Assembly: GCA_005893165.1 (NCBI GenBank)
Contig: VBOR01000030.1
Location: forward strand, 354-64,353
Direction of reading: 5' to 3'
DNA length: 64,000 bases
From: Candidatus Eiseniibacteriota bacterium
GTDB taxonomy: Bacteria; Eisenbacteria; RBG-16-71-46; SZUA-252
Position 1 is the first letter of the stretch, and each line of letters opens with the position of its first letter. The translations under genes were made by a program, and so were the position numbers. This document shows positions 38,185 through 51,196 of this stretch, piece by piece. The notes under the pieces were generated by a model. The model saw only the letters and a program-made list of their open reading frames with translations, was not told the origin of the DNA and ran no database searches.

Positions 38185-38384
38185 TCCGGTCGCGGGCAGA
38201 GGGGGGAGGGGCGTTTTCGGAGGGGATAAGCTCTGCCATACCAATCGATTGCGATGGTCCACCCAAGTCTTGAACCCCGGCGGCTTCGCGCTCCTGGGGT
38301 TTCGCTGTATGGGGTCGTAAGCATACCCGGGGCCCTCCCGTCGAAGGGACGGGGACCGGCGCAAGAACGGCCGGAGAAGGAGTC

Positions 38385-41483
<3,099 letters not shown>

Positions 41484-41498
41484 ACCCGGAGGAAGACC

Positions 41499-41969
41499 AT
41501 GGATGACAACGTTCGCGAAATGATGTTCCTCATCGTGGAACAGCTGAAGGCGTACGTGGACGGAAACGAAGATGCCCTGCTCGAGCTGACCCAGGTGCTG
41601 GATTCGGGCCGGCACGATGCCGACGTGGTGAACCAGGCGTTCGAGATGATCTTCCGGGCGCTCGAGCCCTACTCCCGCGAGGACTATCCGGGGGAGCCGC
41701 GCGCGGAGCGCAAGCACGTCCGTGTGCCGACGGGTCCGGAGCGGGCGCTTCTCAGCTCTCCCGCCTACACGTACTTCTTCCGTCTCAGCGAGTCGGGCCG
41801 CGTGACCCCGGAGCAGTTCGAGGAGATCATGGCGCGCGCTCGCGAGGAGGGTCCTTCGCTGGACAGCGAGGCGAAAGCGGAAGAGCTGGCGACCGAGGTT
41901 CTGATCCATTGGTTCGACGAGGAGCACGGAATCCCGTTCGATCCGGGTTCTCCCCAGACCACACACTGA
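41499..41969 (+). CDS. smg: Smg (DUF494) family protein
   Basis: The 156-aa product aligns in blocks and in length with E. coli Smg (157 aa). It lies immediately upstream of topA, as smg does in the enterobacterial dprA-smg-topA arrangement. Confidence 0.5.
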   Translation: MDDNVREMMFLIVEQLKAYVDGNEDALLELTQVLDSGRHDADVVNQAFEMIFRALEPYSREDYPGEPRAERKHVRVPTGPERALLSSPAYTYFFRLSESGRVTPEQFEEIMARAREEGPSLDSEAKAEELATEVLIHWFDEEHGIPFDPGSPQTTH

Positions 41970-41971
41970 AC

Positions 41972-44395
41972 GTGACCGAGCGAAAGAAAGAGACGAAGAC
42001 GAAGGCCGGGAAAGCGCCGAAGGCGAACGCCGCGGCGGCGCTCAAGACTCCGCCCAAGGTCAAGGCTCATGCCGCGCGCGCCGGGAAGACGCCGGCGCCC
42101 GCGGAGCCCGCGGAGACGCCGCCGGAAGCACGGTCCGCGAAGCGGGGGAGAAGCCTCGTCATCGTAGAATCTCCCGCGAAGGCCCGGACCATCGGCAAAT
42201 ACCTCGGCTCCGGTTTCGAGGTGCGCGCCTCGAACGGGCACGTGCGCGATCTCCCGAAGAGCAAGCTCGGGGTCGACATCGAGCACGGCTTCCAGCCTTC
42301 CTACATCCTGATCAAGGGGAAGGCGAAGATCCTGAAAGAGCTGAAGCAGAGCGCGCGTCAGGCCTCGACGATCTATCTCGCCCCCGATCCCGACCGGGAA
42401 GGGGAGGCCATCGCCTGGCATCTGGCCGAGACGCTGGGGAACGGCTCGGACGGCCGGATCCTCCGGCTGGCCTTCTACGAGATCACCAAGCGCGGAGTCC
42501 TTTCCGCGCTCGAGGCTCCACGCTCCATCGACATGAACAAGGTCCACGCGCAGCAGGCGAGGCGCGTCCTGGACCGGCTGGTGGGGTATCAGGTGAGCCC
42601 CTTCCTCTGGAAGACGGTGCGTTACGGGCTCTCGGCGGGACGGGTGCAGTCGGTCGCCCTGCGGCTCATCTGCGAGCGCGAGGACGAGATCCGCGCGTTC
42701 AAGCCGCGTGAGTACTGGACGCTCGACGCGGATCTGGCCACCGCGAAGGACGAGCGCTTCCGCGCGCGCGTGCAGCGGAAGGCCGGAGAGAAGATCGCCC
42801 TCGAGAACGAGGCGCAGGCCAGGGCCGCCGCCGCGGAGCTCGAGAAGGAATCCTTCCGCGTCACCGGAGTGCGCACGCAGGAGAAGAAGCGGAATCCTCT
42901 GCCCCCCTTCATCACGAGCACGCTGCAGCAAGAATCCTTCCAGAGGCTCCGCTTCAGCGCGCAGAAGACCATGGTGGTCGCGCAGCACCTCTACGAGGGC
43001 ATGGACATCGGCACCGAGGGAGCGACCGGTCTGATCACCTACATGCGCACCGATTCCACGCGGACCTCCCCCGAGGCGCTGGCCGAGGTCCGCGGTTTCA
43101 TCCAGGCCACGTTCGGCGCCAACTATCTCCCGGTGGAGGCGCGGAGCTTCCGCTCGCGCGAGACCTCGCAGGACGCGCACGAGGCGATCCGGCCGACGTC
43201 GGTCGCGAGAACGCCCGCCTCCATGAAGCGCCATCTCGAGCCCGACCAGTACCGTCTCTACGAGCTGATCTGGCAGCGGTTCGTTGCGTCGCAGATGAAT
43301 CCCGCGCTGGTGCTCACGACGACCGCCGACATCACGGCGGGCGCCTACCTCCTGCGCGCCTCCGGGAGCCGGATCAAGTTCGACGGATTCACGCGGGCCT
43401 ACAGCTCCACGCTGATCGAGGAGACGGGGCCGGAAGCCTCGAAGCTTCCCGCGCTCCACGAAGGGGATCCGCTGAAGCAGCTCGGCATCCTTCCCGAGCA
43501 GCACTTCACCGAGCCCCCTCCGCGCTACACCGAAGCCTCGCTCGTGAAGACGCTCGAGGAAAAGGGAATCGGCCGGCCGAGCACCTACGCGACGATCGTG
43601 GGAACGATCCTCACCCGCGACTACGTGCTGCGCGATCGCGGCAAGCTGACCCCGACCGAGCTGGGCATGACGGTCTGGAAGCTCCTGGCCCGCATGTTCG
43701 GCGACGTGTTCGAGGTGGAGTTCACGGCGAAGATGGAGCGGGAGCTGGATCGCGTGGAGAACGGCAAGGACGCCTGGGACCGGGTCGTCGCGGAGTTCTA
43801 CGGGCCCTTCCAGAAGGACCTCACCACGGCCGAGGCGCAGCGCGAGAGCCTGAAAGCCTCCCTGGCGGAGGAGTCGGACCGGGAGTGCCCCCAGTGCGGA
43901 TCGAAGATGGTGAAGCGCTACGGCCGGAACGGCCCCTTCCTCGCGTGCCCTCGCTATCCCGAGTGCAAGACGACGATGCCGCTGGAAGGGGAGGCGGAGA
44001 GCGAAGCCGTGCCCACACAGCTCTGCCCGGTCTGCGAGAGCCCCATGCGCGTGCGCTCGGGACGATTCGGGAAGTTCCTCGCGTGCTCGCGCTATCCCGA
44101 GTGCAAGGGAACGCGCCCGCTCGGTCTGGGCATGCCCTGTCCCGAGTGCGGCACGGGGGAGCTGGTGGAGCGCCGCACCCGGCGCGGAAAATCCTTCTTC
44201 GGCTGCAGCCGCTATCCCGAGTGCACGTTCGCGGTCTGGGACCGGCCGGTGAAGCAGCCCTGTCCGTCCTGCGCCTATCCCATCCTCGTCCAGAAGCACA
44301 CCAAGACCAAAGGCGATTATCTCCAGTGCCCGAAATGCAAGACGCGCGTCGACGCGGAGGCTTCCGAGGCCATGAGTGGAACGCTGGATCGCTGA
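41972..44395 (+). CDS. topA: DNA topoisomerase I with N-terminal Lys/Ala-rich extension and C-terminal C4 zinc-ribbon repeats
   Basis: The TOPRIM motif LVIVESPAKA, the Tyr active-site region and at least three C-x2-C...C-x2-C ribbons are present. The only in-frame start upstream of TOPRIM is GTG 41972, giving an approximately 60-aa K/A/P-rich leader. Confidence 0.9.
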   Translation: MTERKKETKTKAGKAPKANAAAALKTPPKVKAHAARAGKTPAPAEPAETPPEARSAKRGRSLVIVESPAKARTIGKYLGSGFEVRASNGHVRDLPKSKLGVDIEHGFQPSYILIKGKAKILKELKQSARQASTIYLAPDPDREGEAIAWHLAETLGNGSDGRILRLAFYEITKRGVLSALEAPRSIDMNKVHAQQARRVLDRLVGYQVSPFLWKTVRYGLSAGRVQSVALRLICEREDEIRAFKPREYWTLDADLATAKDERFRARVQRKAGEKIALENEAQARAAAAELEKESFRVTGVRTQEKKRNPLPPFITSTLQQESFQRLRFSAQKTMVVAQHLYEGMDIGTEGATGLITYMRTDSTRTSPEALAEVRGFIQATFGANYLPVEARSFRSRETSQDAHEAIRPTSVARTPASMKRHLEPDQYRLYELIWQRFVASQMNPALVLTTTADITAGAYLLRASGSRIKFDGFTRAYSSTLIEETGPEASKLPALHEGDPLKQLGILPEQHFTEPPPRYTEASLVKTLEEKGIGRPSTYATIVGTILTRDYVLRDRGKLTPTELGMTVWKLLARMFGDVFEVEFTAKMERELDRVENGKDAWDRVVAEFYGPFQKDLTTAEAQRESLKASLAEESDRECPQCGSKMVKRYGRNGPFLACPRYPECKTTMPLEGEAESEAVPTQLCPVCESPMRVRSGRFGKFLACSRYPECKGTRPLGLGMPCPECGTGELVERRTRRGKSFFGCSRYPECTFAVWDRPVKQPCPSCAYPILVQKHTKTKGDYLQCPKCKTRVDAEASEAMSGTLDR

Positions 44396-45296
44396 GTTTC
44401 TGGAGTACCTGGGAACCCAACGGCGCTGTGCGCCCGCGACGCTCCGGGCGTATCACGACGACCTCACGCGATTCGCCGAATTCGCGCGGGCGAGGCTCGG
44501 GAGCCGGGCCCGGTTCCCCGAGGATCTGACCCCCGAGCTTCTCGCCGCGTACGCGGCCGCGCGATCGCTCACGAAGGTCCGGCGCAAGAATCGTCCGATC
44601 GCCGCGCGGACGCTCGGACGCTCGCTTGCCGCGCTCCGGTCGTTCTTGCGCTATCTCGAATACCGGGGGAAGACGACGGGCTCCCTGCGGGGCACCCTTC
44701 CGCGCGTCAGCGTGCCTCAGCCTCTGCCCGCCGCGATCTCCGCGACGCCTCTGAACGAGCTCCTGGACCGCGCCGCCTCCTCGCTCCGCGAGGGGGATCG
44801 TCGCGCGTTGCGCGCGCTCGTCGCTGCCGAGTGGCTCTACGGGTCGGGACTCCGCCTGGGCGAGCTGACGGGCCTCACCTGGGCGCGGTTCGACAAGGAT
44901 CGCCGGCTCGCGCGCGTGCTCGGGAAAGGATCGAAGGAGCGCGTGGTCCCCGTCGGGGGGCGCGCCGCCGCCACCCTCGAGCGCTACTGGGCGGAGCTCG
45001 GGCGGAAGCCCACGATCCAGATGCCGCTGATCCCCGGCAGGGGAGGGAAGCCGGTTTCCCCGCGGACGCTGGAGCGGGACATCCGGGCGCTCCTCTGCGG
45101 GCTCGGACCCAACGCGGCGACGCATCCCCACGCCCTGCGCCACAGCTTTGCCACGCACCTCCTCGAGCGGGGCGCCGACCTGCGCGCCGTTCAGGAGCTC
45201 CTGGGTCATCGCAGCCTCAGCACGACTCAGATCTACACCCACGTCACCCGCCGCCGCATGAAACAGGCGTACGCGCAGGCCCACCCGCGCGCGTGA
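44376..45296 (+). CDS. xerC: tyrosine site-specific recombinase, XerC-like
   Basis: The R...HxxR...Y catalytic residues (RHSFATHLLERGADLRAVQELLGHRSLSTTQIYTHV) and the HPRA terminus are present. The position downstream of topA mirrors topA...xerC(codV) synteny. The symbol is tentative. Confidence 0.75.
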   Translation: MERWIAEFLEYLGTQRRCAPATLRAYHDDLTRFAEFARARLGSRARFPEDLTPELLAAYAAARSLTKVRRKNRPIAARTLGRSLAALRSFLRYLEYRGKTTGSLRGTLPRVSVPQPLPAAISATPLNELLDRAASSLREGDRRALRALVAAEWLYGSGLRLGELTGLTWARFDKDRRLARVLGKGSKERVVPVGGRAAATLERYWAELGRKPTIQMPLIPGRGGKPVSPRTLERDIRALLCGLGPNAATHPHALRHSFATHLLERGADLRAVQELLGHRSLSTTQIYTHVTRRRMKQAYAQAHPRA

Positions 45297-45336
45297 GCCC
45301 GGCGCCCCACCCGAACCTGTTCGAGGAGCGATCGGA

Positions 45337-46329
45337 ATGAAGCGCGATCTTCTGTCGTTTGCGGATCTCACGCGGGCCGACGTGGACCGGCTGTTCGCCG
45401 TCGCGGCGCGGCTGAAGGCGGATCGACGCTCGGGGAAGCATCATCGCGAGCTGGATCAGCGGTCGCTCGCGCTCATCTTCCACAAGCCCAGCCTGAGAAC
45501 GAGGCTCTCCTTCGAGGTGGCCATGACGCAGCTCGGGGGCTCCTCGGTGTTCATCACGGAGCGCGAGATCGGAATGGGCTCGAGGGAATCCACGTCGGAC
45601 GTGGCGCGCGTGCTGTCGGGCTACGTGGACGGCATCATGATCCGCACGTTCGCCCACGATCTCGCGGTGGATCTGGCGCGCCACGCGAGCGTCCCCGTGA
45701 TCAACGGGCTCACCGATTGGCTCCACCCCTGCCAGATCCTCGCGGACCTCTTCACGCTCCGGGAACACCGCGTCGACCTGGATCGCGCGATCGTGGCGTA
45801 CATCGGCGACGGCAACAACGTCGCGAACTCCTGGATCGAGGCGGCGCGCCTCTTCGGGCTCGAGGCGCGGATCGCGTGCCCCGAAGGCTACGATCCCGAT
45901 CCCGAGCTCGTGGCGAAGGTGTCGCGCTCGGGCCCCGGGCGCGTCCGGATCGTGCGCTCTCCGATGGAAGCGGCGAAGGGAGCCGACGTGCTCTATACGG
46001 ACGTCTGGGCCAGCATGGGGCAGGAGGCCGAGCGGGAGAAGCGGCTGCCCATCTTCCGAACCTTCCAGATCAACCGCTCCCTCTTGCGCGAAGCCAAGCC
46101 GCGCGCCTTCGTGATGCATTGCCTGCCCGCGCACCGAGGAGAGGAGATCACCGAGGACGTGTTCGAGGGACCTCAGTCCATCGTTTTTCCGCAGGCGGAG
46201 AACCGGATGCATCTGCAGAAGGCGATCCTGTTCGATCTCTTGGCCGGGCGCGCGAAGAGCCGTCCGGCGCGCACGGCGTCGAAAGCACGCGCCTCGAAGC
46301 GCTCCGCTCGCACGCGACGCTCGCGGTGA
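45337..46329 (+). CDS. argF: ornithine carbamoyltransferase with basic C-terminal tail
   Basis: STRTR (carbamoyl-phosphate site), HCLP (the OTCase version; ATCase has HPLP) and the DxxxSMG motif are present. Confidence 0.85.
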   Translation: MKRDLLSFADLTRADVDRLFAVAARLKADRRSGKHHRELDQRSLALIFHKPSLRTRLSFEVAMTQLGGSSVFITEREIGMGSRESTSDVARVLSGYVDGIMIRTFAHDLAVDLARHASVPVINGLTDWLHPCQILADLFTLREHRVDLDRAIVAYIGDGNNVANSWIEAARLFGLEARIACPEGYDPDPELVAKVSRSGPGRVRIVRSPMEAAKGADVLYTDVWASMGQEAEREKRLPIFRTFQINRSLLREAKPRAFVMHCLPAHRGEEITEDVFEGPQSIVFPQAENRMHLQKAILFDLLAGRAKSRPARTASKARASKRSARTRRSR

Positions 46330-47390
46330 CGCGGCACGCGCTCCGCCGCTCGCTCCAGGGGCTCCTGCCGCTCGGAGCGGCGCTGGCCGCAGGGGGGTTC
46401 CTCGGGGGCTGCGCGAAGCCCGACTTTCCCCCCGGCGGTCCGGTGGACACGACTCCACCGCGCGTCCTGGCCACGGCGCCTGCCGACAGCACCACGCGGG
46501 TTCCGGCCGATCTGGAGATCATGTTTCTGTTCTCCGAGCCCATGGACCGCGTGAGCGTGCGCGACGGGTTCCGGCTCTATCCCAACCCCGGCGTTCCCTC
46601 GTATCACTGGAGCGGACGGCGCTTCCGCGTTTCGTGGGAGGGGGGGCTTCGTCCGAACACGACGTATCAGGCGTTCCTGAGCGCCGGCGTGCGCGACGCG
46701 CACCGGGTCACCCTCCGCACTCCGGTGACGATCCGGTTCTCGACGGGAGATTCCCTCGATCCGGGGCGCATCACGGGCATCCTCCGCGCGAAGACGCTTC
46801 CGACGAGGGGAGCCCCGATCTGGGCCTATCCGGAGTCGCTGGGACTCGTCCCGGATTTCGCGAACGCGCTCCCGTCGTACGCGACCGAGACCGACACGGG
46901 CGCCGTGTACGCCCTGACCGGGCTGCCGCTTCGGCAGGGGTTCACGGTCCACGCCGTCTACGACATCAACGGAAACGGCGCGTTCGATTCGCTCACCGAC
47001 GTGGCCGCGAGCTACCCGTCCGTGATCCGGTTGACACCCGAGCGGCCCGTCGCGGATAGTATCAACATCCTCGCGATCGACCCGCACGCGCCGGCGGTGA
47101 TCCGCGGAACGGTGACGTCGCCGGATTCGACCGCGCGCTTCCGTGTCGAAGCGAGGTCGGACTCGGACACGACCTTCGTTCGATTCGCCGAACGCAAGGG
47201 TCCCGGAGACTACGTGCTTCGCGTCCCGCCGGGGAAGTACAGGCTGAGCGCGCGGCGCCTGCCCCGGGCCGTCGGGGAAGTCCCGGAGGAAGTGAGGCGC
47301 GAGGGTCTCTTCGAGGCGCGCCCGGAAGAGGAGTACGAGAACATCGATTTCCGGCTGGAGCGCACCGCGCCGCCTTCGCCCTCGCGATGA
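46326..47390 (+). CDS. lipoprotein with Ig-like (SbsA/BIG-type) domains
   Basis: The GTG overlaps the argF stop. The lipobox LGGC follows a signal peptide. TPPRVLATAPADSTTRVPADLEIMFLFSEPMD is typical of bacterial Ig-like domains. Confidence 0.55.
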   Translation: MTRHALRRSLQGLLPLGAALAAGGFLGGCAKPDFPPGGPVDTTPPRVLATAPADSTTRVPADLEIMFLFSEPMDRVSVRDGFRLYPNPGVPSYHWSGRRFRVSWEGGLRPNTTYQAFLSAGVRDAHRVTLRTPVTIRFSTGDSLDPGRITGILRAKTLPTRGAPIWAYPESLGLVPDFANALPSYATETDTGAVYALTGLPLRQGFTVHAVYDINGNGAFDSLTDVAASYPSVIRLTPERPVADSINILAIDPHAPAVIRGTVTSPDSTARFRVEARSDSDTTFVRFAERKGPGDYVLRVPPGKYRLSARRLPRAVGEVPEEVRREGLFEARPEEEYENIDFRLERTAPPSPSR

Positions 47391-47415
47391 CGGCTTCCTC
47401 CCGCAGGCAGGAGTC

Positions 47416-48324
47416 ATGATGGCGGACCCGAAGACGATGTTCGAAGGGCTGGCCGTCGCGCTCGTGACGCCGTTCCGGAACGGCTCGCTGGACCGCGAAG
47501 CGCTCGCACGCCTCGCGGGGCACCTGGTCGAAGGAGGCGTGCGCGCCCTCTATCCCTGCGGCTGCACGGGCGAGGCGACCTCCCTCTCGCGCGAGGAGCG
47601 CACCCAGGTGATCCGCACCGTGGTCGAGGCGGCGCGCGGACGCGCGGCGGTGATCGCGGGCACGGGGACGGCCCTGACCTCGGAGACGATCGAGCTTTCG
47701 CAGGACGCGATCCGCGCGGGCGCGGACGGCGTCATGGTGATCAGCCCCTATTCCGTCAAGCCCACGCAGGAGGGACTGCTGGCGCACTACCGCGCCGTGG
47801 CCGATCGCGTGGACCGTCCGATGGTCCTCTACAACGTTCCTTCCCGGACGGGGGTGACCATCCAGCCCGAGACCGTGGCGAAGCTGGCGGAGCACCCGCG
47901 CATCGCGGCGATCAAGGAAGCGAGCGGATCGCTGGATCAGGCCAGCGCGATCCGGGCGCGCTGCGATATCGCCGTCCTGGCCGGGGACGATTCGCTCTAC
48001 CTGCCGCTCCTGGCGATCGGAGCGCGCGGCGTCGTGTCGGTGGCGGGTCACGTCGTGCCGGCCGAGCTGAGCGCGATGCACGCCCATGCCGCGTCGGGCC
48101 GTACCGGCGAGGCGGAAGCGATCCACCGGAAGCTCACGCCGCTCTTCCGCGCGCTCTTTCTCGAGACGAACCCCGCGCCGGTGAAGCACGCGCTCTCCCG
48201 GCTGGGCTTCATGACCGGGGAGCTCCGTCTTCCGCTCGTGCCGGTGAAGCCCGACACGGCCGCCGCCGTCGACCAGGCGCTCGAGCGGGTCGGCGCCGCT
48301 TCGCACGCGCGCACCGGCCGCTGA
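47416..48324 (+). CDS. dapA: 4-hydroxy-tetrahydrodipicolinate synthase
   Basis: GCTGE, the catalytic-lysine region IAAIKEASG and the YNVPSRTG motif are present. Confidence 0.9.
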   Translation: MMADPKTMFEGLAVALVTPFRNGSLDREALARLAGHLVEGGVRALYPCGCTGEATSLSREERTQVIRTVVEAARGRAAVIAGTGTALTSETIELSQDAIRAGADGVMVISPYSVKPTQEGLLAHYRAVADRVDRPMVLYNVPSRTGVTIQPETVAKLAEHPRIAAIKEASGSLDQASAIRARCDIAVLAGDDSLYLPLLAIGARGVVSVAGHVVPAELSAMHAHAASGRTGEAEAIHRKLTPLFRALFLETNPAPVKHALSRLGFMTGELRLPLVPVKPDTAAAVDQALERVGAASHARTGR

Positions 48325-48331
48325 CCGAAGC

Positions 48332-49111
48332 GTGTCCCGCACCCGGATCCTCCTCTATGGGGCGACCGGCCGCATGGGCCGCGCCATCCGCGCCGCGCTG
48401 CCGGAATTCCCGGACGTGGAGCTGTCACTCTGCGTGGCTCGAGGACGCGACGAGCAGGGTGCCGGGTCCGGCTCCTGGATGACCCCGGACCAGCTTCTGG
48501 CGAAAGGGAGCGATCTTTCACCCGAGATCGTGGTGATCGACGTGAGCCTCGCGGCGGGCACCGCGCGGCTCCTCGACTGGCTCGAGCGGGCGCCGAGGCC
48601 TCTCGTGAGCGCGACGACCGGCCTCGCGGATTCCGAGGAGGCCAGGATCGGGGCGCTGGCTTCGCGCGCCCCCGTGCTCCGCGCGAGAAACCTGAGCGTG
48701 GGGAACGCCCTCGTGACGCGGATGCTCCGGGCCGTTCCGGAGGGGGCCAGGGCGCTCTTCCAGATCGACCTCGTCGAGCACCATCACGCGGCGAAGCGCG
48801 ACGCCCCCAGCGGCACGGCGCTTCTCTGGGCCTCGCTCCTCGAGGGGGAGCGGCAGGGGAAGGGAAAGGGAAGCGCGGCCCCGTCCACGAAGGAGCGCGC
48901 TCCCGGCGAGGTCCGCATCCACTCGATCCGGTCCGGAAACGCCGTGGGAACCCACCGCGCGATCCTCGCCGGAACGGGGGAGACGATCGAGATCCAGCAC
49001 ACCGTTTCCGACCGTGCGGTCTTCGCGCGGGGCGCGCTCTGCGCCGCGCGCTTTCTCCAGGGAAAGCCGCCCGCCCTGTACACCCTCGAGCACGCGCTCG
49101 GGGAGTTCTGA
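48332..49111 (+). CDS. dapB: 4-hydroxy-tetrahydrodipicolinate reductase
   Basis: GTG start. GATGRMGRAI (NAD(P)-binding) and the E-HH-K...SGTA catalytic block are present. Confidence 0.85.
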   Translation: MSRTRILLYGATGRMGRAIRAALPEFPDVELSLCVARGRDEQGAGSGSWMTPDQLLAKGSDLSPEIVVIDVSLAAGTARLLDWLERAPRPLVSATTGLADSEEARIGALASRAPVLRARNLSVGNALVTRMLRAVPEGARALFQIDLVEHHHAAKRDAPSGTALLWASLLEGERQGKGKGSAAPSTKERAPGEVRIHSIRSGNAVGTHRAILAGTGETIEIQHTVSDRAVFARGALCAARFLQGKPPALYTLEHALGEF

Positions 49112-49134
49112 GCCGAGGAGCCAGGGACGATCGA

Positions 49135-50862
49135 ATGCGCCTTTCACGAGCCTTCCTGCCGACGCTGAAGGAAGATCCTGCCGACGCCGAGCTGGTCAGC
49201 CACAAGCTCATGGTCCGGTCCGGGATGCTTCGCAAGCTCGCGGCCGGGGTCTACACGATCCTGCCCCTCGGGTGGCGCGTGACGCGCAAGGTGGAGCAGA
49301 TCGTCCGCGAGGAGATGGACCGGGCGGGCGGTCAGGAGCTGCGCCTTCCGATCCTCATGCCGGCGGAGCTGTGGCAGGAGACCGGTCGCTGGGAGAAGTA
49401 CGGGAAGGAGCTGTTCCGGGAGCGCGACCGGCACGATCGCGACTACGTGCTGGGTCCGACGCACGAGGAGGCGATCACGGATCTGGTCCGGAACCACATC
49501 CGCTCGTACCGCGACCTGCCCCTGAACCTCTATCAGATCCAGACCAAGTTCCGGGACGAGATCCGCCCCCGCTTCGGCGTCATGCGCGCGCGCGAGTTCC
49601 TCATGAAGGACGGGTACAGCTTCCACACCGACGAAGCCCAGCTCGCGGCGTCCTACGAGGAGATGCGCGACGCCTATGCCGCGGTGTTCCGCAGGTGCGG
49701 GCTCGAGTTCGTCATCGTGGAGGCCGACTCCGGAGCGATCGGGGGCGACGTGAACCACGAATTCATGGTCACCGCGGAATCGGGAGAGTCCCTGATCTTC
49801 TCCTCCGCGTGCGGCTACGCAGCTTCCTCGGAGAGCGCCAAGTTCCGGGTGGAGCCCGCGCCGCCCGAGAAGGAGGCTCCGCTCACGAAACGGGAGACGC
49901 CGGGGCGTAAGACGGTCGAGGAGGTCTCCTCGTTCCTCGGGGTCGAGCCGGGCCGCCTCCTCAAGTCGCTCGTGTTCTTCGCGGGGCCGGATCCGGTGCT
50001 GGCCGTCGTCCCCGGAGACCGGGAGCTGAACGAGGCCAAGCTGGCGCGCGTGCTCGGCCACCCGGCGCCGCGTCTTGCGACGGCGGAGGAGATCGAGAAG
50101 CTCACGGGCGGTCCGCTCGGGTTCACCGGTCCCGTCGGGATCCGCGACGGGCTGCGCACCATCCTGGACGTCTCGGTCCAGGAGAACCGCAACTACGTCA
50201 CGGGGGGAAACGCCCCGGACCTGCATCTCCTCAACGTGCGCCTGGGGCGGGACGTCGAGGCGCGCGAGCGCGCGGACCTCTCCACCGCGCGGGAGGGGGA
50301 CCGCTGCCCGCGCTGCGGCGACGTGATGCGGCTGAGCCGCGGCATCGAGGTGGGGCACATCTTCAAGCTCGGCACGAAGTATTCGGAGGCGATGCGGGCC
50401 ACCTATCTCGACGCCGAGGGGAACGAGCGAATCATCGTCATGGGCACGTACGGGATCGGAATCACGCGCACCGTCGCGGCCGTGATCGAGCAGCTCCACG
50501 ACGAGAACGGAATCGCGTGGCCCTTCTCGGTCGCGCCCTACCACGTGCACGTGGTCCCGGTGAACGTGAGCCATCCGGAGACCCGCGAGGTCGCGGAGTC
50601 GCTCTACGCGGGGCTGGAGAAGGCGGGAATCGAGGTGCTGCTGGACGACCGGGACGAGCGCCCCGGCGCCAAGTTCAAGGACGCGGACCTCATCGGGGTG
50701 CCGCTCCGGGTCACGATCGGGGAGCGGGGGCTCAAGGACGGCGTCGTGGAGCTACGAGACCGGAAGACGGGTCAGGTGGATCGGATACCCGTGGGAAATG
50801 CGGCCGGGGAGGTCCGGAAGCGGGTCGAGGAGGCCCTCAGGAAGCTCTCGCCGTCCGATTGA
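49135..50862 (+). CDS. proS: proline--tRNA ligase (bacterial type with editing insertion)
   Basis: Class II aaRS motifs, the INS editing domain and the C-terminal anticodon-binding domain are present over the full 575-aa length. Confidence 0.95.
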   Translation: MRLSRAFLPTLKEDPADAELVSHKLMVRSGMLRKLAAGVYTILPLGWRVTRKVEQIVREEMDRAGGQELRLPILMPAELWQETGRWEKYGKELFRERDRHDRDYVLGPTHEEAITDLVRNHIRSYRDLPLNLYQIQTKFRDEIRPRFGVMRAREFLMKDGYSFHTDEAQLAASYEEMRDAYAAVFRRCGLEFVIVEADSGAIGGDVNHEFMVTAESGESLIFSSACGYAASSESAKFRVEPAPPEKEAPLTKRETPGRKTVEEVSSFLGVEPGRLLKSLVFFAGPDPVLAVVPGDRELNEAKLARVLGHPAPRLATAEEIEKLTGGPLGFTGPVGIRDGLRTILDVSVQENRNYVTGGNAPDLHLLNVRLGRDVEARERADLSTAREGDRCPRCGDVMRLSRGIEVGHIFKLGTKYSEAMRATYLDAEGNERIIVMGTYGIGITRTVAAVIEQLHDENGIAWPFSVAPYHVHVVPVNVSHPETREVAESLYAGLEKAGIEVLLDDRDERPGAKFKDADLIGVPLRVTIGERGLKDGVVELRDRKTGQVDRIPVGNAAGEVRKRVEEALRKLSPSD

Positions 50863-51091
50863 CCATCCGGGCGAGTCTGGACTTGCGCCGGTTCGCCACC
50901 GTCTTGTGCAGGACGCCCTTCTTCACGGCGCGATCCAGCTTGGACTCCACCGATTTCATAAGTGATGCATTGCCAGGCTCTTGACGCGCTCTCCTGAGAA
51001 GCGTCTTGAGCTCGGATTTCACCGCGAGATTCCGCTTCTGATCCCGTAAGTTCGTATTGACCCGCTTCTCAGCCGATTTGTGACGAGGCAT
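50837..51091 (-). CDS. rpsT: 30S ribosomal protein S20
   Basis: MPRHKSAEKRVNTNLRDQKRNLAVKSELKTLLRRA... matches bS20. Its 3' end converges on and overlaps proS by 26 nt. Confidence 0.9.
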   Translation of the reverse strand: MPRHKSAEKRVNTNLRDQKRNLAVKSELKTLLRRARQEPGNASLMKSVESKLDRAVKKGVLHKTVANRRKSRLARMVNRTARAS

Positions 51092-51136
51092 TCGTTCCTC
51101 CGCGTTTCATCTGACTCCAAGAAAGTGTAAGCCGTT

Positions 51137-51165
51137 AAGATATCGGGAGATTCCAGCCCTGTCAA
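51137..51165 (-). promoter_or_regulatory. sigma70-like promoter for rpsT (minus strand TTGACA-17-TATCTT)
   Basis: The reverse complement of 51137-51165 reads TTGACAGGGCTGGAATCTCCCGATATCTT. Confidence 0.45.
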
Positions 51166-51186
51166 CCCCGGAGCCGGGGGCGGGCC

Positions 51187-51196
51187 GTGTTATACT
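51187..51196 (+). promoter_or_regulatory. extended -10 element TGTTATACT immediately upstream of uvrC ATG (leaderless candidate)
   Basis: The TGnTATACT match ends 7 nt before ATG 51203. There is no -35 match. Confidence 0.3.
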
